Assembly (NCBI GenBank): GCA_013426015.1
Contig: CP058998.1
Coordinates: 794,758 to 858,757, forward strand
Source: Candidatus Fermentimicrarchaeum limneticum
Lineage (GTDB): Archaea > Micrarchaeota > Micrarchaeia > Burarchaeales > Fermentimicrarchaeaceae
DNA length: 64,000 nucleotides
Direction: 5' to 3'
Within the stretch, counting starts at the first letter, position 1, and every line of letters starts with the position of its first letter. Shown here piece by piece: positions 28,464 to 37,335 of the stretch. A program made the translations under genes and the position numbers. A model generated the notes under the pieces. The model made no database searches, was not told where the DNA came from, and saw only the letters and a program-made list of their open reading frames with translations.

Positions 28464-28733
28464 TTGAAGCTCAAGGTCGTTAAGAAGGATAAGAATTTTC
28501 TTGAAATGTTTCTTGAGGGCGAGGAGCACAGTTTCCCCAACCTCCTGAGGGAGACGCTGCTTGAGGATGATGATGTTGAATTCGCCTCCTATGTGATCGA
28601 ACATCCGGAGATTGGCAGCCCGAAGCTGATTGTAAGGACAAAGAGCAAGACTCCGGAGAGCGCAATAAAAAGTGCTCTGAAAAAAATTGAGAAGAGGGCT
28701 TCTGATTTCGAGGCGCTTCTCAAAAAGAAATGA
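28464..28733 (+). CDS. rpoL: DNA-directed RNA polymerase subunit L (Rpo11)
   Basis: LKLKVVKKDKNFLEMFLEGEEHSFPNLL matches the RpoL N-terminus (compare ...IEGEDHTLGNLL). TTG start, immediately after the csl4 stop. An alternative ATG at 28434 would overlap csl4. Confidence 0.7.
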   Translation: MKLKVVKKDKNFLEMFLEGEEHSFPNLLRETLLEDDDVEFASYVIEHPEIGSPKLIVRTKSKTPESAIKSALKKIEKRASDFEALLKKK

Positions 28734-28737
28734 TACG

Positions 28738-29286
28738 ATGAAGCCAGGAGCAAGAGTGCTGGGAATTGATGACTCGCCTTTCACGAAAGAAGATGAAAGA
28801 GTTCTTGTTGTCGGAGTTGTGTGGAGGGAAGGAGCAGTGGAGGGTGTGCTGAGCACGCATGTTGCTCGGGACGGGCTGGACAGCACGGAGAAGTTGGAGA
28901 GGATGGTCAGGAGTTCAAAATTCCTTCCGCAGATAAGGTTGATTGTCATGCACGGAGTGACGCTTGCAGGATTCAATATTGTGAATATCAGAAAGTTGAG
29001 CGAGAAACTGTCCGTGCCTGTCATTGGTGTGACCAGAAAAAGGCCATGCGCAGCAGCGGTGGGGAAAGCACTGCGGAACTTCTCTGATTGCGGAGAGAGG
29101 CTCGAACTGATAAGGTCTGCGGGACCTGTGGTGAGAATCGGTACCATCCACGCCCAGCTTGCCGGCATTGGAGTTGATGAGGCGCGGAAGTTCCTCTCTT
29201 CTTTTGAGGGAATACCGGAGCCTGTTAGGCTTGCCCATATAATAAGCTCGGGCGTTGTCAGGGGGGAGTCCCATGGAAAGGTATGA
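28738..29286 (+). CDS. UPF0215/DUF99-family protein
   Basis: N-terminus MKPGARVLGIDDSPF, typical of archaeal DUF99. Confidence 0.6.
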   Translation: MKPGARVLGIDDSPFTKEDERVLVVGVVWREGAVEGVLSTHVARDGLDSTEKLERMVRSSKFLPQIRLIVMHGVTLAGFNIVNIRKLSEKLSVPVIGVTRKRPCAAAVGKALRNFSDCGERLELIRSAGPVVRIGTIHAQLAGIGVDEARKFLSSFEGIPEPVRLAHIISSGVVRGESHGKV

Positions 29287-30268
29287 GAAGATTTTCAGGG
29301 ATAATGCCGGCTACCTAGCAATTATCCTGCTTCTCGTCCTGTACATACTTACAAAGTTATCTTTGTTTGCCCTGCTTTGCGCGATATCAATAGTGGCGAT
29401 ATTCGCCTATGAAACATATGAAGGAGCCAAGAGGAGAGGCTGGAAAAACGAGCTTGGGGAGATTATTATTGCGGTGGTTGTCGGAGTCGTGATATGGTAC
29501 GGGGCGGGTTTCCTGCTTGGCACAGCTGCACCGCTTGACGCAGTAGTATCGTGCAGCATGCTGCCCAACCTTGACAGAGGGGACATGGTCCTGCTGAAGG
29601 GTGGCGAGATAAGCGTCCCAACAGTGGAAGTCACCGCCTTGGAATGGGAGCAGATAGAAGTGAGGATGCGCACCAATTACACATGCGGCCCCTGCGAAGA
29701 AGCCGCTGGCTACAAGCCATACAACTTCTCAATATGCGGCATCTCCTGTGAGGATTCCTGCCTGCTTGCCATAGACGGCAAACCCGTGTTTTCGGGTTCC
29801 GCGGACACGCTTTTCAGCTACAATTACGGGGTTTGCAAGCTCAGGAGTGCAGACGGCGAGATCATAAACTCAGTATGCGTGAGGTCCGTGACAATAAAGG
29901 GAAAGGCGTTTGAGGAAAGCGCTGGCAATGATGTTGTCGTATACGAGCCCAGGAGGGGCAGCATATTTGTGGGTTCAACAATACACCGGACCCTGGCAAG
30001 GGTTTCGGTTGAAGGCAAGATCTACTACCTCATCAAAGGCGATAATAACGAGGTTCTTGATGTACAGGCTCCGGCGTACAGGTCCATAGCAGGGAATACG
30101 TGCATTTTCTATGCGAATTCGACAAGGGAAAACAGACCTGTCCCGCAGGAGAACATAAATGGGAAAGTGATAGTAAGAATCCCCTACATGGGTTACCTGA
30201 AGCTTTTCCTTTGGGGGTACATAGAGAACCCAGCGGGATGCAACACGGTTATCGAGCACAACACATAA
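29255..30268 (+). CDS. signal peptidase I (S26)-like membrane protein with a large C-terminal extracellular domain
   Basis: N-terminal TM helices, then SCSMLPNLDRGDMVLL, resembling the S26 SxSMxP...GD catalytic motif. Start uncertain: 29255 or 29273. Confidence 0.5.
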   Translation: MSGGSPMERYEKIFRDNAGYLAIILLLVLYILTKLSLFALLCAISIVAIFAYETYEGAKRRGWKNELGEIIIAVVVGVVIWYGAGFLLGTAAPLDAVVSCSMLPNLDRGDMVLLKGGEISVPTVEVTALEWEQIEVRMRTNYTCGPCEEAAGYKPYNFSICGISCEDSCLLAIDGKPVFSGSADTLFSYNYGVCKLRSADGEIINSVCVRSVTIKGKAFEESAGNDVVVYEPRRGSIFVGSTIHRTLARVSVEGKIYYLIKGDNNEVLDVQAPAYRSIAGNTCIFYANSTRENRPVPQENINGKVIVRIPYMGYLKLFLWGYIENPAGCNTVIEHNT

Positions 30269-30298
30269 AAATGTGGAGGTAAAAACAATATTGTAGAG

Positions 30299-31051
30299 GT
30301 GAACGGCATGCTAGAGATAGAGATTGATGACGCAAGGTATTGGAAGAACTGCGTAGACTCGATAGTCAACCTCATAGACGAGGGCAACTTTGAGATTACT
30401 GCTAATGGCATATCGCTTAAGGCCATGGATCCTTCGCAGATAGCGATGGTGTGCTTCTCGATTCCGAAAAGCTCTTTCGGCAAGTACAAGGTTGATGAGA
30501 CTACAAAGGTAGGCATAAATTTCGACAGCATGAGCAAGGTTCTTTCAAGGAGCAGGGGTAAGGACAGGCTGAGGATGATGATTGAGGAGAACAAGCTCGT
30601 TCTGGAGTTCATAGGTGAGGACAAGAGGAACTTCAAACTGCCGCTCATTGAGGTCCAGGAGGGCGTCCAGAAGGAACCGAAGATAGAGTTTGACGCAGTA
30701 GTGAAGATAAAAGCAGGGCAGTTCAAGGAGATACTCGGGGACGCCGCACTACTCAGCTCGCATGTCGTGCTGGACGCGAACAGCAAAGGCTTCTTTGTTG
30801 AGGTTCACGGCGATTCCGGTGATTTGAGAGTTGAGAAGGAGAAGACCGGCGAGGCGACCCTGAACATTGAGGTGAAGAGGGATTCCAGGGCCACATTCCC
30901 GCTGCAGTTCCTGGGCGACATGGTTAAGGCCTGTCCAGATGACGAGAGCCTTTCACTCCATTTGAAGACCAACTCCCCGATAAAGGCGGAGTACAGCATA
31001 GGAGAGGCGAAGCTGGTCTACTACCTTGCGCCAAGAATAGAGACGATGTGA
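30299..31051 (+). CDS. pcn: DNA polymerase sliding clamp PCNA
   Basis: About 250 aa with PCNA-like sequence throughout and a C-terminal ...YYLAPRIETM tail. Confidence 0.85.
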   Translation: MNGMLEIEIDDARYWKNCVDSIVNLIDEGNFEITANGISLKAMDPSQIAMVCFSIPKSSFGKYKVDETTKVGINFDSMSKVLSRSRGKDRLRMMIEENKLVLEFIGEDKRNFKLPLIEVQEGVQKEPKIEFDAVVKIKAGQFKEILGDAALLSSHVVLDANSKGFFVEVHGDSGDLRVEKEKTGEATLNIEVKRDSRATFPLQFLGDMVKACPDDESLSLHLKTNSPIKAEYSIGEAKLVYYLAPRIETM

Positions 31052-32136
31052 CATTCTCCGCCGTTAATATTGGGAGATTCTTGGTTCTGCACGGCATCCG
31101 CCTGCTTCATAACCAAGTTCTGGGCTGTGTCAAAGACAACCCGGTTTGACAGCATGTAGCCGTCAAACCTCTTGAATAAATTGATTGCACCATTCAGGTC
31201 TGCGTTATACTCAAGACCACAGGTTGGGCATTTGAATAAACCCTGTGAGATTCTTTTTCCTTCATTGTTGCATACGTGGCAAGTCTTTGAAGCATACCAC
31301 TCCTCCATCTTAACAACGGGAACTCCTTCTGCCTCTGCTTTGTATTCAATGAACTTTGAGAGCTTATCGAATGGCATGTTTGAGACAATCCTATTGAACC
31401 TTTTTCCTTTTGCTGAATTCCTTATCCCTTTCAAATCCCCCAAGAGAATTGCTGATTTGTTTTCTTTTGCAATTCTGACTGCTTCCTTTGAAATCTCATG
31501 GCAGATTTGATTGATTGCAACTCTCTCTTTTCTGCCAATTTCTTTCAACTTCTTCAATAATTTCTTCTCTTGTAACCTCTTTCTCAACCACGAATAGTGC
31601 CTTCTTATTCCTCTGGCTTCATCTCCGTGAAAAGAGGGTGTCATAGAACCATTCTTCACCAACACGGTTGAGAGAAGATGCTTCTCACCCAAATCGCAGG
31701 AAAGAACAGAAGAAATATCGTAATCTACTTTGACCTCTTTTTCAACTCGGATAAGTAGATACCAGTGATTCTTATGCCTCTTCAATTTTGCTTCTCTTAG
31801 TTTTCCTGAGAGAAGAAGTCCCTTATCTTTGTATGGAAATGCAATTGCAACATATATCGATTTTTTATGAATAGGTATTTTAGCCCAGTATTTGCAGAGC
31901 TTATTGTTTGTTTCCTTTATTTTAATTGAATCATTCCTTATAACCAGAGGATACTCCTTTTTTCTTTTGAATTTCTTTTTCAGCCTGCCTATGAACCTCT
32001 CTGCCTGTTGTTCATTTACTGAATAAAGCTCTGCTTCGTCTCCTCTTAATGCTTTTTGAAAGTTGATAAATTCCTTCCGTATTCTATCTTCTTTTGATTT
32101 TGTTAGAAACATCAACTTTGCCTTGATTGTTTTCAC
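31021..32136 (-). CDS. tnpB: IS200/IS605-family TnpB (OrfB) RNA-guided nuclease
   Basis: C-terminal CHVCNNEG...CPTCGLEYNADLNGAINL carries the zinc finger and RuvC-III motif. OrfB length. Its last 31 nt overlap the pcna 3' end. Confidence 0.85.
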   Translation of the reverse strand: MKTIKAKLMFLTKSKEDRIRKEFINFQKALRGDEAELYSVNEQQAERFIGRLKKKFKRKKEYPLVIRNDSIKIKETNNKLCKYWAKIPIHKKSIYVAIAFPYKDKGLLLSGKLREAKLKRHKNHWYLLIRVEKEVKVDYDISSVLSCDLGEKHLLSTVLVKNGSMTPSFHGDEARGIRRHYSWLRKRLQEKKLLKKLKEIGRKERVAINQICHEISKEAVRIAKENKSAILLGDLKGIRNSAKGKRFNRIVSNMPFDKLSKFIEYKAEAEGVPVVKMEEWYASKTCHVCNNEGKRISQGLFKCPTCGLEYNADLNGAINLFKRFDGYMLSNRVVFDTAQNLVMKQADAVQNQESPNINGGECHIVSILGAR

Positions 32137-32173
32137 TCTTTCACCTTACTGACTTATAGAAGATAAATCCCTA

Positions 32174-32209
32174 TTTATAAACCTCTGCAGGGGGTAACTT
32201 TCCAGTGAA
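32174..32209. promoter_or_regulatory. TTTATAAA-N8-GGGGGTAACTTTCCAGTGAA conserved element, copy 2
   Basis: Same architecture as 11175-11210. The TATA octamer lies 38 nt upstream (minus sense) of the tnpB ATG. Confidence 0.4.
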
Positions 32210-32319
32210 ATGAATTTATGTGCAAAACCGTAGTCTGCGGAATCAATTTATATCTTCTGCAGCATATATTCATCCATACTGCGAATGCTCTTTTGGGATG
32301 CATTTTGCGGAGGGGCTAG

Positions 32320-33264
32320 ATGGAGCTTTCATTCTGCAGCAAGTACCCATTCACAAGGGAAGCGAAGGAGCTGATGAGCTCCGCCAAGGTAGACGATGAG
32401 TTCCAGCTCAACGAGCTTGCCAAAAGGAGGGTTGTTGCTGCGATAAAGGATGGGAAGATTCCTTTTGTTAGCATTGAGCTTGACGACTCCCAGCTGCTCA
32501 TGCAGGTCGCGTCATACGCAGTGAGTAGGGTGATAATCTCGCTTCTGAAAAGCAGGTACTACACAAACCGGTATGCCATTGCGGAGGCGAAGCGTGCGGG
32601 CTCGTACATGCAGAGTGATAGTGACGAGAATGTCCTGCATGCTGCCAAGGAACTGGGGGTGGAGTGCGAGATAGATGGGAGCTATGGTGTGAAATTTCAG
32701 GATTACCTCAGGTACGCCCCAAAATCAGTGGATTACAAACTGGTGAACAAGAAGCTTGCAAAAGGGATTGTCAGGCTGAGGAGGGATGGGTTCGTGAGGC
32801 TACTTGAAGAGGCAGTGAAGATGAAGATAGAGTCTGAGCTGCCTCTCAACACAGACAATGCAACTGCAGCGATGAAGAATGCAGCCGATGCAGTAAAGGC
32901 AGGCATTCCAAAGGAGCCTATGCCTATCAACGTACCTCTCGAGAGGGGGGAGTTCCCGCCCTGCATAGTCAAACTGCTGGAGGATTTGAAGACTGTGGAG
33001 AATCTGAACCACACCGCAAGGTGGGCGCTGGCCGTGTATCTGCTCAATGCGGGAATGAAGGTGGATGATGTGGTCAGGATATTCTCAACGTCCCCGGATT
33101 TTGACGAGAGGGTGACGCGCTACCAGACAGAGCATGCGATGAAAAGGGGTTACAAGGTGCCAACATGTTCAAGCATGGATTCATACGGGCTCTGCGTTGC
33201 AGACTGCGGCGTGAAGAGTCCTTTGGGTTACAGGAGGGGTAGAGTTGGAAGATCTACAGCTTAG
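32320..33264 (+). CDS. priL: DNA primase large (regulatory) subunit PriL
   Basis: C-terminal Fe-S cysteines (CIVKLL...PTCSSMDSYGLCVADCG) and a position immediately upstream of priS. Confidence 0.8.
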   Translation: MELSFCSKYPFTREAKELMSSAKVDDEFQLNELAKRRVVAAIKDGKIPFVSIELDDSQLLMQVASYAVSRVIISLLKSRYYTNRYAIAEAKRAGSYMQSDSDENVLHAAKELGVECEIDGSYGVKFQDYLRYAPKSVDYKLVNKKLAKGIVRLRRDGFVRLLEEAVKMKIESELPLNTDNATAAMKNAADAVKAGIPKEPMPINVPLERGEFPPCIVKLLEDLKTVENLNHTARWALAVYLLNAGMKVDDVVRIFSTSPDFDERVTRYQTEHAMKRGYKVPTCSSMDSYGLCVADCGVKSPLGYRRGRVGRSTA

Positions 33265-34414
33265 GATCCGCAATCCTGAGGAAGAGTACGTGAGAAGCAG
33301 GTTCAGGGAGTATTACGGCAAGGCAGATGTGAAAGCGCCCGATGAAGTGGAGAGGAGGGAGTTTGGCTTTGGGGGCTGGGAAAGAAAGATAGAGGTAAGG
33401 CATCTGCATGTTGGAAACGCAGAGGAGTTGAAAGGGAAACTTGCGATGGAGGCGCCTCTATTCATCTCATATTCGGTCGCCTACTATGAATTCCCCGACA
33501 TGCGCCCCATGGAGAGAAAGAACTGGCTGGGGGCCGATGTTGTCTTTGACCTTGACTCGGACCATCTAGGGCTTCCCTGCAGAAAGAGGCATGGCACGAA
33601 GTGGGTATGCGACGAATGCCTTGCGGCGGTTAAGGATGAGAGTGCCAAGCTCATAGAGCAGTTCCTAATCCCGGATTTTGGTTTCTCCAAAAACGAAATC
33701 GAGGTGAATTTCTCGGGGAATAGGGGGTACCACGTGCACATAAGGGACAAAACAGTTAAGAAGCTCAGTTCCTATGCGAGAAGGGAGGTAGTGGATTATC
33801 TCACGGGGACGGGGATTGATTTTGATTCCATGGACTTCAGGAACGTTGCTGTTTCCGGGAGGAAGGAGAAAAAGCTGCTCGGGCCTTCCCCCTCAAACCC
33901 GGCCTGGCCCGGCAGGATTGCGAGGCTGGTGAGCCGGCTTGTTGCTGAGAAGAGGCTTGCCGAAGTTGGCGTGGAGGAGAAGGATGCAAAGAGGATATAC
34001 AAGAAAAGCGAGCAGTTCCTGAAATCCGTCAGAGAAGGTAATTGGGATGTTGTGAAACTCGAGAGGAAGGAGGAGTTCTGGAGGAACGTTGTCGGAAGGC
34101 TTGGCGTGAAGCTCGGCGACAGGATAGACCAGAATGTCACAGCAGACGCGAGCAAGCTCATACGCTTGCCGGACAGCCTGCATGGGGAAAGCGCCCTGCT
34201 CGCAAAGAGAGTCAAGGATCTGAACAGTTTCGACCCGCTTAAGGAAGCAGTAGTTTTCGGGGACCAACCAGTAAGGATTAAAATTAAGAATGCACCTGAA
34301 TTTAGGCTAGGTGAACTTACATTCGGGCCGTTCAAGAGTGAGGAGAAGGAACTGCCGGAATACGCGGCGTTGTTTCTGCTCTGCAAGAAGGAGGCAGTAT
34401 TATGGAAGAGTTGA
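33245..34414 (+). CDS. priS: DNA primase small (catalytic) subunit PriS
   Basis: AEP motifs VVFDLDSDH and SGNRGYHVHI, plus a zinc motif CRKRHGTKWVCDEC. Confidence 0.85.
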   Translation: MEDLQLRIRNPEEEYVRSRFREYYGKADVKAPDEVERREFGFGGWERKIEVRHLHVGNAEELKGKLAMEAPLFISYSVAYYEFPDMRPMERKNWLGADVVFDLDSDHLGLPCRKRHGTKWVCDECLAAVKDESAKLIEQFLIPDFGFSKNEIEVNFSGNRGYHVHIRDKTVKKLSSYARREVVDYLTGTGIDFDSMDFRNVAVSGRKEKKLLGPSPSNPAWPGRIARLVSRLVAEKRLAEVGVEEKDAKRIYKKSEQFLKSVREGNWDVVKLERKEEFWRNVVGRLGVKLGDRIDQNVTADASKLIRLPDSLHGESALLAKRVKDLNSFDPLKEAVVFGDQPVRIKIKNAPEFRLGELTFGPFKSEEKELPEYAALFLLCKKEAVLWKS

Positions 34415-34956
34415 GCTACGAGGAACTCAGGAGGATCCAAGGCAGGGAGAGGGCCAGCCCAGTCCTGCAGAGCCTGCCAGCGGATTTCTACAAGCATGTG
34501 AAGAAGCTCATAGAGAAGAAGAATGACAGCCTGAAGAAGGACTTCGGCCTCGCAGAGGCGAAGGAGTATGAGAGCATACTGAAGGTTGTGGAGGATATAC
34601 ACGACAAAAGGAAGCAGAAGATAGTTATGAAGGCGATGAGATCAGCCAATGTTGGGGAAGGGGTCACACTGGCTGAGGAGGAGACGAAGCTGTTCGACAT
34701 GATACGCAGTGTTATAGCAGAGGAGTCGGAATGTTTCAGGAATATCACGGGATGCGCTGAGGGCGTCGAAGAAGAAAGTATTAAAAGGATTAAAATTTTA
34801 AAACCCCTTCCTAAGTTCGTTGGAACTGACATGAAGGTTTACGGTCCTTTCAAAGAGGGAGATGACATAGAGCTGCCAGACAAGGAGGCGCAGCTTCTTG
34901 TAAGGAAAGGAATTGCAGAGTATACGGAGGTTGTTTCACATGAAGTTCCCAAATGA
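34402..34956 (+). CDS. GINS subunit (Gins51/Gins15-like) candidate
   Basis: An alpha-helical protein of about 180 aa directly downstream of priS, the conserved archaeal gins15-priS neighbourhood. Sequence evidence alone is weak. Confidence 0.45.
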   Translation: MEELSYEELRRIQGRERASPVLQSLPADFYKHVKKLIEKKNDSLKKDFGLAEAKEYESILKVVEDIHDKRKQKIVMKAMRSANVGEGVTLAEEETKLFDMIRSVIAEESECFRNITGCAEGVEEESIKRIKILKPLPKFVGTDMKVYGPFKEGDDIELPDKEAQLLVRKGIAEYTEVVSHEVPK

Positions 34957-35221
34957 GATAAACACCTACTGCCCAAAGTGCAAGAAAAAGACGAAGCACA
35001 AGGTGAGGACTGCCTCAAAGGGAAGGGCGAGGAGCATGGCGTGGGGCAACAGACAGCACGAGAGGAAGATAAGGGGTTATGTGGGAAAGGTTGCAGGAGA
35101 GAAAGCCGTGAAGAAACAGGGCAAGAAGCAGAAAATCATACTGGAATGCAGTATCTGCAAGAAGAAGCAGGAGAGGATTATTGGGAAGAGGACTAGGAAG
35201 AAGATTGAGATAAAGAGCTGA
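34940..35221 (+). CDS. rpl44e: ribosomal protein L44e
   Basis: [22 protein letters not shown]... zinc ribbon and a K-rich tail. Confidence 0.8.
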   Translation: MKFPNEINTYCPKCKKKTKHKVRTASKGRARSMAWGNRQHERKIRGYVGKVAGEKAVKKQGKKQKIILECSICKKKQERIIGKRTRKKIEIKS

Positions 35222-35232
35222 GGTGTGATAGG

Positions 35233-35391
35233 ATGAGCAAATTTTTGAGAGTCAAGTGCGACTGCGGAAACGAGCAGAACTTATTCGGCAACTCAAGCAC
35301 TATGGTAAGATGCCTTGTATGCAACAGGGTGCTGGCAGAGCCGACCGGCTCAAGGGCAAAGGTGCACGGCAAGATAGTCAAGGTTCTGTGA
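35233..35391 (+). CDS. rps27e: ribosomal protein S27e
   Basis: [52 protein letters not shown], a C4 zinc ribbon typical of S27e. This ORF was not in the track because it is under 60 aa. Confidence 0.8.
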   Translation: MSKFLRVKCDCGNEQNLFGNSSTMVRCLVCNRVLAEPTGSRAKVHGKIVKVL

Positions 35392-35395
35392 GAAT

Positions 35396-36181
35396 ATGAG
35401 CCAGAGAGATGAACCTGAACTTGATGAGTTCGTCATAGCTACTGTAAGGAAGATACTTCCCTACGGCGCCTTCTGCAGTCTTGATGAATACGGTGACAGG
35501 GAGACCTTCCTGCATGTTTCTGAGGTCGCTTCGAGGTGGATAAAGAACATTCACGAATTCCTCAAGGAGGACCAGAAGATTATTGCAAGGGTTTTCAGGA
35601 TAGTTCCTGAGAAGAATCAGATCGACCTCTCCCTGAAGAGAGTAAGTGACTTGGATAGGAGAAGGAAAATAGAGAGCTACAGGAAGGAGAAGAGGGCTGG
35701 AAAGCTCTTTGAGGTTGTTGAGAAGATGATTGGAAAGCCCCACGAGCATGTTTGGAAGGAGATGGGGGCGGAGCTTGTTGAGAAGTTCGGCAGCTTATAT
35801 TCTGCTTTTGAGGAGGCGGCAAGGGATGAGAAAGCATTGGACGCCGTGAAAGCACCGAAGGAATGGAAGGCTGTAATGCGAGGGATTGCCTCCCAGAACA
35901 TAAAGCGCCCCAGAGTCAGGATAACTGGAACGCTGAACATAAGCAGCAGGGAGCCGGATGGCATAGACGTGATCAAGAAAGTACTGCTCGAAGCCAAGGA
36001 AAGCGCGGGCGAGGACGAGGAGGTCAGGATAACATACCTGGGAGCGCCGAGGTACATGATGGCGGTAACGGCATCTGACTATAAGAAGGCTGAGAAGATA
36101 GCTTCGGTGGTATCCAAGAAGGTGAAGGAAGGGATGAATGAGAGAGATGGGTTTGCGGAGTTTGAGAGAGAGGAAAAGTAG
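35396..36181 (+). CDS. eif2a: translation initiation factor 2 alpha subunit
   Basis: N-terminal S1 domain (...ATVRKILPYGAFCSLDEY...) and aIF2alpha length. Confidence 0.85.
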   Translation: MSQRDEPELDEFVIATVRKILPYGAFCSLDEYGDRETFLHVSEVASRWIKNIHEFLKEDQKIIARVFRIVPEKNQIDLSLKRVSDLDRRRKIESYRKEKRAGKLFEVVEKMIGKPHEHVWKEMGAELVEKFGSLYSAFEEAARDEKALDAVKAPKEWKAVMRGIASQNIKRPRVRITGTLNISSREPDGIDVIKKVLLEAKESAGEDEEVRITYLGAPRYMMAVTASDYKKAEKIASVVSKKVKEGMNERDGFAEFEREEK

Positions 36182-36186
36182 GTCCT

Positions 36187-36351
36187 ATGGAAAAACTCAA
36201 AAAATGCGCCAGATGCGGTCTTTACACCATGAAGGATAAATGCCCAAAGTGCGGCGAGACGACTTGCACTGCGCATCCGCCCAAGTTTTCACCGGAAGAC
36301 AGGTACGGCGCATACCGGAGGAGGGCGAAGTTTGGTGAGGGGGTTTTATGA
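36187..36351 (+). CDS. nop10: H/ACA ribonucleoprotein subunit Nop10
   Basis: The 54-aa protein MEKLKKCARCGLYTMKDKCPKCGETTCTAHPPKFSPEDRYGAYRRR has a zinc ribbon and a conserved C-terminal tail. Its stop overlaps the next start (ATGA). Confidence 0.7.
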   Translation: MEKLKKCARCGLYTMKDKCPKCGETTCTAHPPKFSPEDRYGAYRRRAKFGEGVL

Positions 36352-37121
36352 AAGGCACTATAATCATTTCGAAGAAAGGTGTTAAGCTCAAGAATCCGAT
36401 CTTGATAGAGGGGCTGCCAGGCATAGGGCTTGTGGGCAAGCTCGCGGCAGAACATCTGATAAAGGAGCTGAAGGCGGAGAAGGTTGCAGAGATTTACTCG
36501 GAGCACTTCCCCCACCAAGTTCTGATGCTGAAGAAGGGGACTCTCAGGATGCTGAAGAACAAGTTCTACGCTTGGAAGAACCCCAAGAAGAACGGCGCTG
36601 ATCTACTCATACTTGTCGGTGATGTGCAGGCAATAACGCCAGAAGCGCAGTTCGAGGTTTGCAGCAGGATACTCGACTACTTTGCGAAGATGAAGGGCAA
36701 GAGGATATACACGCTTGGCGGATACGGGGTTGGTAAAATCATTGAGAATCCGCGTGTTCTCGGCTCGGCAACGCACAAGGAAGTTGTGGATGAACTGAAG
36801 AAGTACGGTGTAGTCTTCGGCGAGGCTAACGGCTCAATCATAGGAGCTGCAGGCCTTCTGCTCGGGCTGGGGAAGATAAGGAAAATGGACGGGGCGTGCC
36901 TCATGGGGGAAACCCACGGAGGTTATGTTGACGTCAAGTCAGCAAAAAGCGTCCTAATCATACTCACAAAGATACTTAACATCCCGCTTGATTTGAACAA
37001 GCTTGACGAGAGAGCAAAGGAAAGCGAGAGATTCATGAAGAAGATGGAGAAGGAGATAGAAAAGCAGAAGGGCATCGGAGGGGGAGTGCTCAAGGGGGAC
37101 GACCTCAGCTATATAAGGTGA
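36348..37121 (+). CDS. PAC2-family proteasome assembly chaperone-like protein
   Basis: LIEGLPGIGLVGKLAAEHL N-terminal motif of the archaeal PAC2/PbaB-like family. Confidence 0.6.
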   Translation: MKGTIIISKKGVKLKNPILIEGLPGIGLVGKLAAEHLIKELKAEKVAEIYSEHFPHQVLMLKKGTLRMLKNKFYAWKNPKKNGADLLILVGDVQAITPEAQFEVCSRILDYFAKMKGKRIYTLGGYGVGKIIENPRVLGSATHKEVVDELKKYGVVFGEANGSIIGAAGLLLGLGKIRKMDGACLMGETHGGYVDVKSAKSVLIILTKILNIPLDLNKLDERAKESERFMKKMEKEIEKQKGIGGGVLKGDDLSYIR

Positions 37122-37122
37122 C

Positions 37123-37257
37123 GCGGCCGTAATCTAGAGGCGCACAGCAATGCTGATGCCGGATAACCTGGTGGGCTTGAGGCGTTTGCCGAAAGCTCGG
37201 GTATTAGGATCTGAGCTTCCCAAGCTCATTGCCCGGGTTCAAATCCCGGCGGCCGCA
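37123..37257 (+). tRNA. tRNA-Gly(CCC) interrupted by about 61 nt within the D-loop (non-canonical intron or introns)
   Basis: Acceptor GCGGCCG/CGGCCGC, D-stem ATCT/GGAT, anticodon arm TGAGC-TTCCCAA-GCTCA, and T-arm CCGGG-TTCAAAT-CCCGG. Seventy nt sit where a 9-10 nt D-loop is expected. Removing 29 nt and 32 nt restores AGCCTGGTTA. Confidence 0.55.
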
Positions 37258-37260
37258 TAT

Positions 37261-37333
37261 GCGACCGTAGTCTAGCCTGGTAGGACTTTGGCCTTCCAAG
37301 CCAACGACCCGGGTTCAAATCCCGGCGGTCGCA
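37261..37333 (+). tRNA. tRNA-Gly(TCC)
   Basis: Canonical 73-nt cloverleaf GCGACCG-TA-GTCT-AGCCTGGTA-GGAC-T-TTGGC-CTTCCAA-GCCAA-CGAC-CCGGG-TTCAAAT-CCCGG-CGGTCGC-A. Confidence 0.85.
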
Positions 37334-37335
37334 TC

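Larger units (their letters stand above)
31021..32209 (-). mobile_element. putative tnpB-only IS200/IS605 (IS1341-like) element, ends not defined
   Basis: A single tnpB between pcna and priL. The upstream 36-nt element (32174-32209) may be the left end or promoter. No terminal inverted repeats are expected for this family. Confidence 0.35.

Noticed and set aside
28275-29168. 297-aa minus-strand ORF across rpoL and the DUF99 gene.
   Set aside because: Antisense to two conserved genes, with S/P/T-rich low-complexity translation.
31172-31510. Plus-strand ORFs (31172-31510, and 31194-31388 on the minus strand in another frame) within tnpB.
   Set aside because: They overlap the well-supported TnpB reading frame. 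No independent support.
11191-32209. Possibility that the shared 20-mer is a CRISPR repeat or a scattered array remnant.
   Set aside because: Only two copies exist, 21 kb apart, each with a fixed TATA octamer at a fixed distance. There are no adjacent spacer/repeat periodicity and no cas genes. No CRISPR array was seen anywhere in the window.
33796-34602. 268-aa minus-strand ORF antisense to priS and gins.
   Set aside because: Antisense to well-supported conserved genes, with leucine/serine-rich low-complexity translation.
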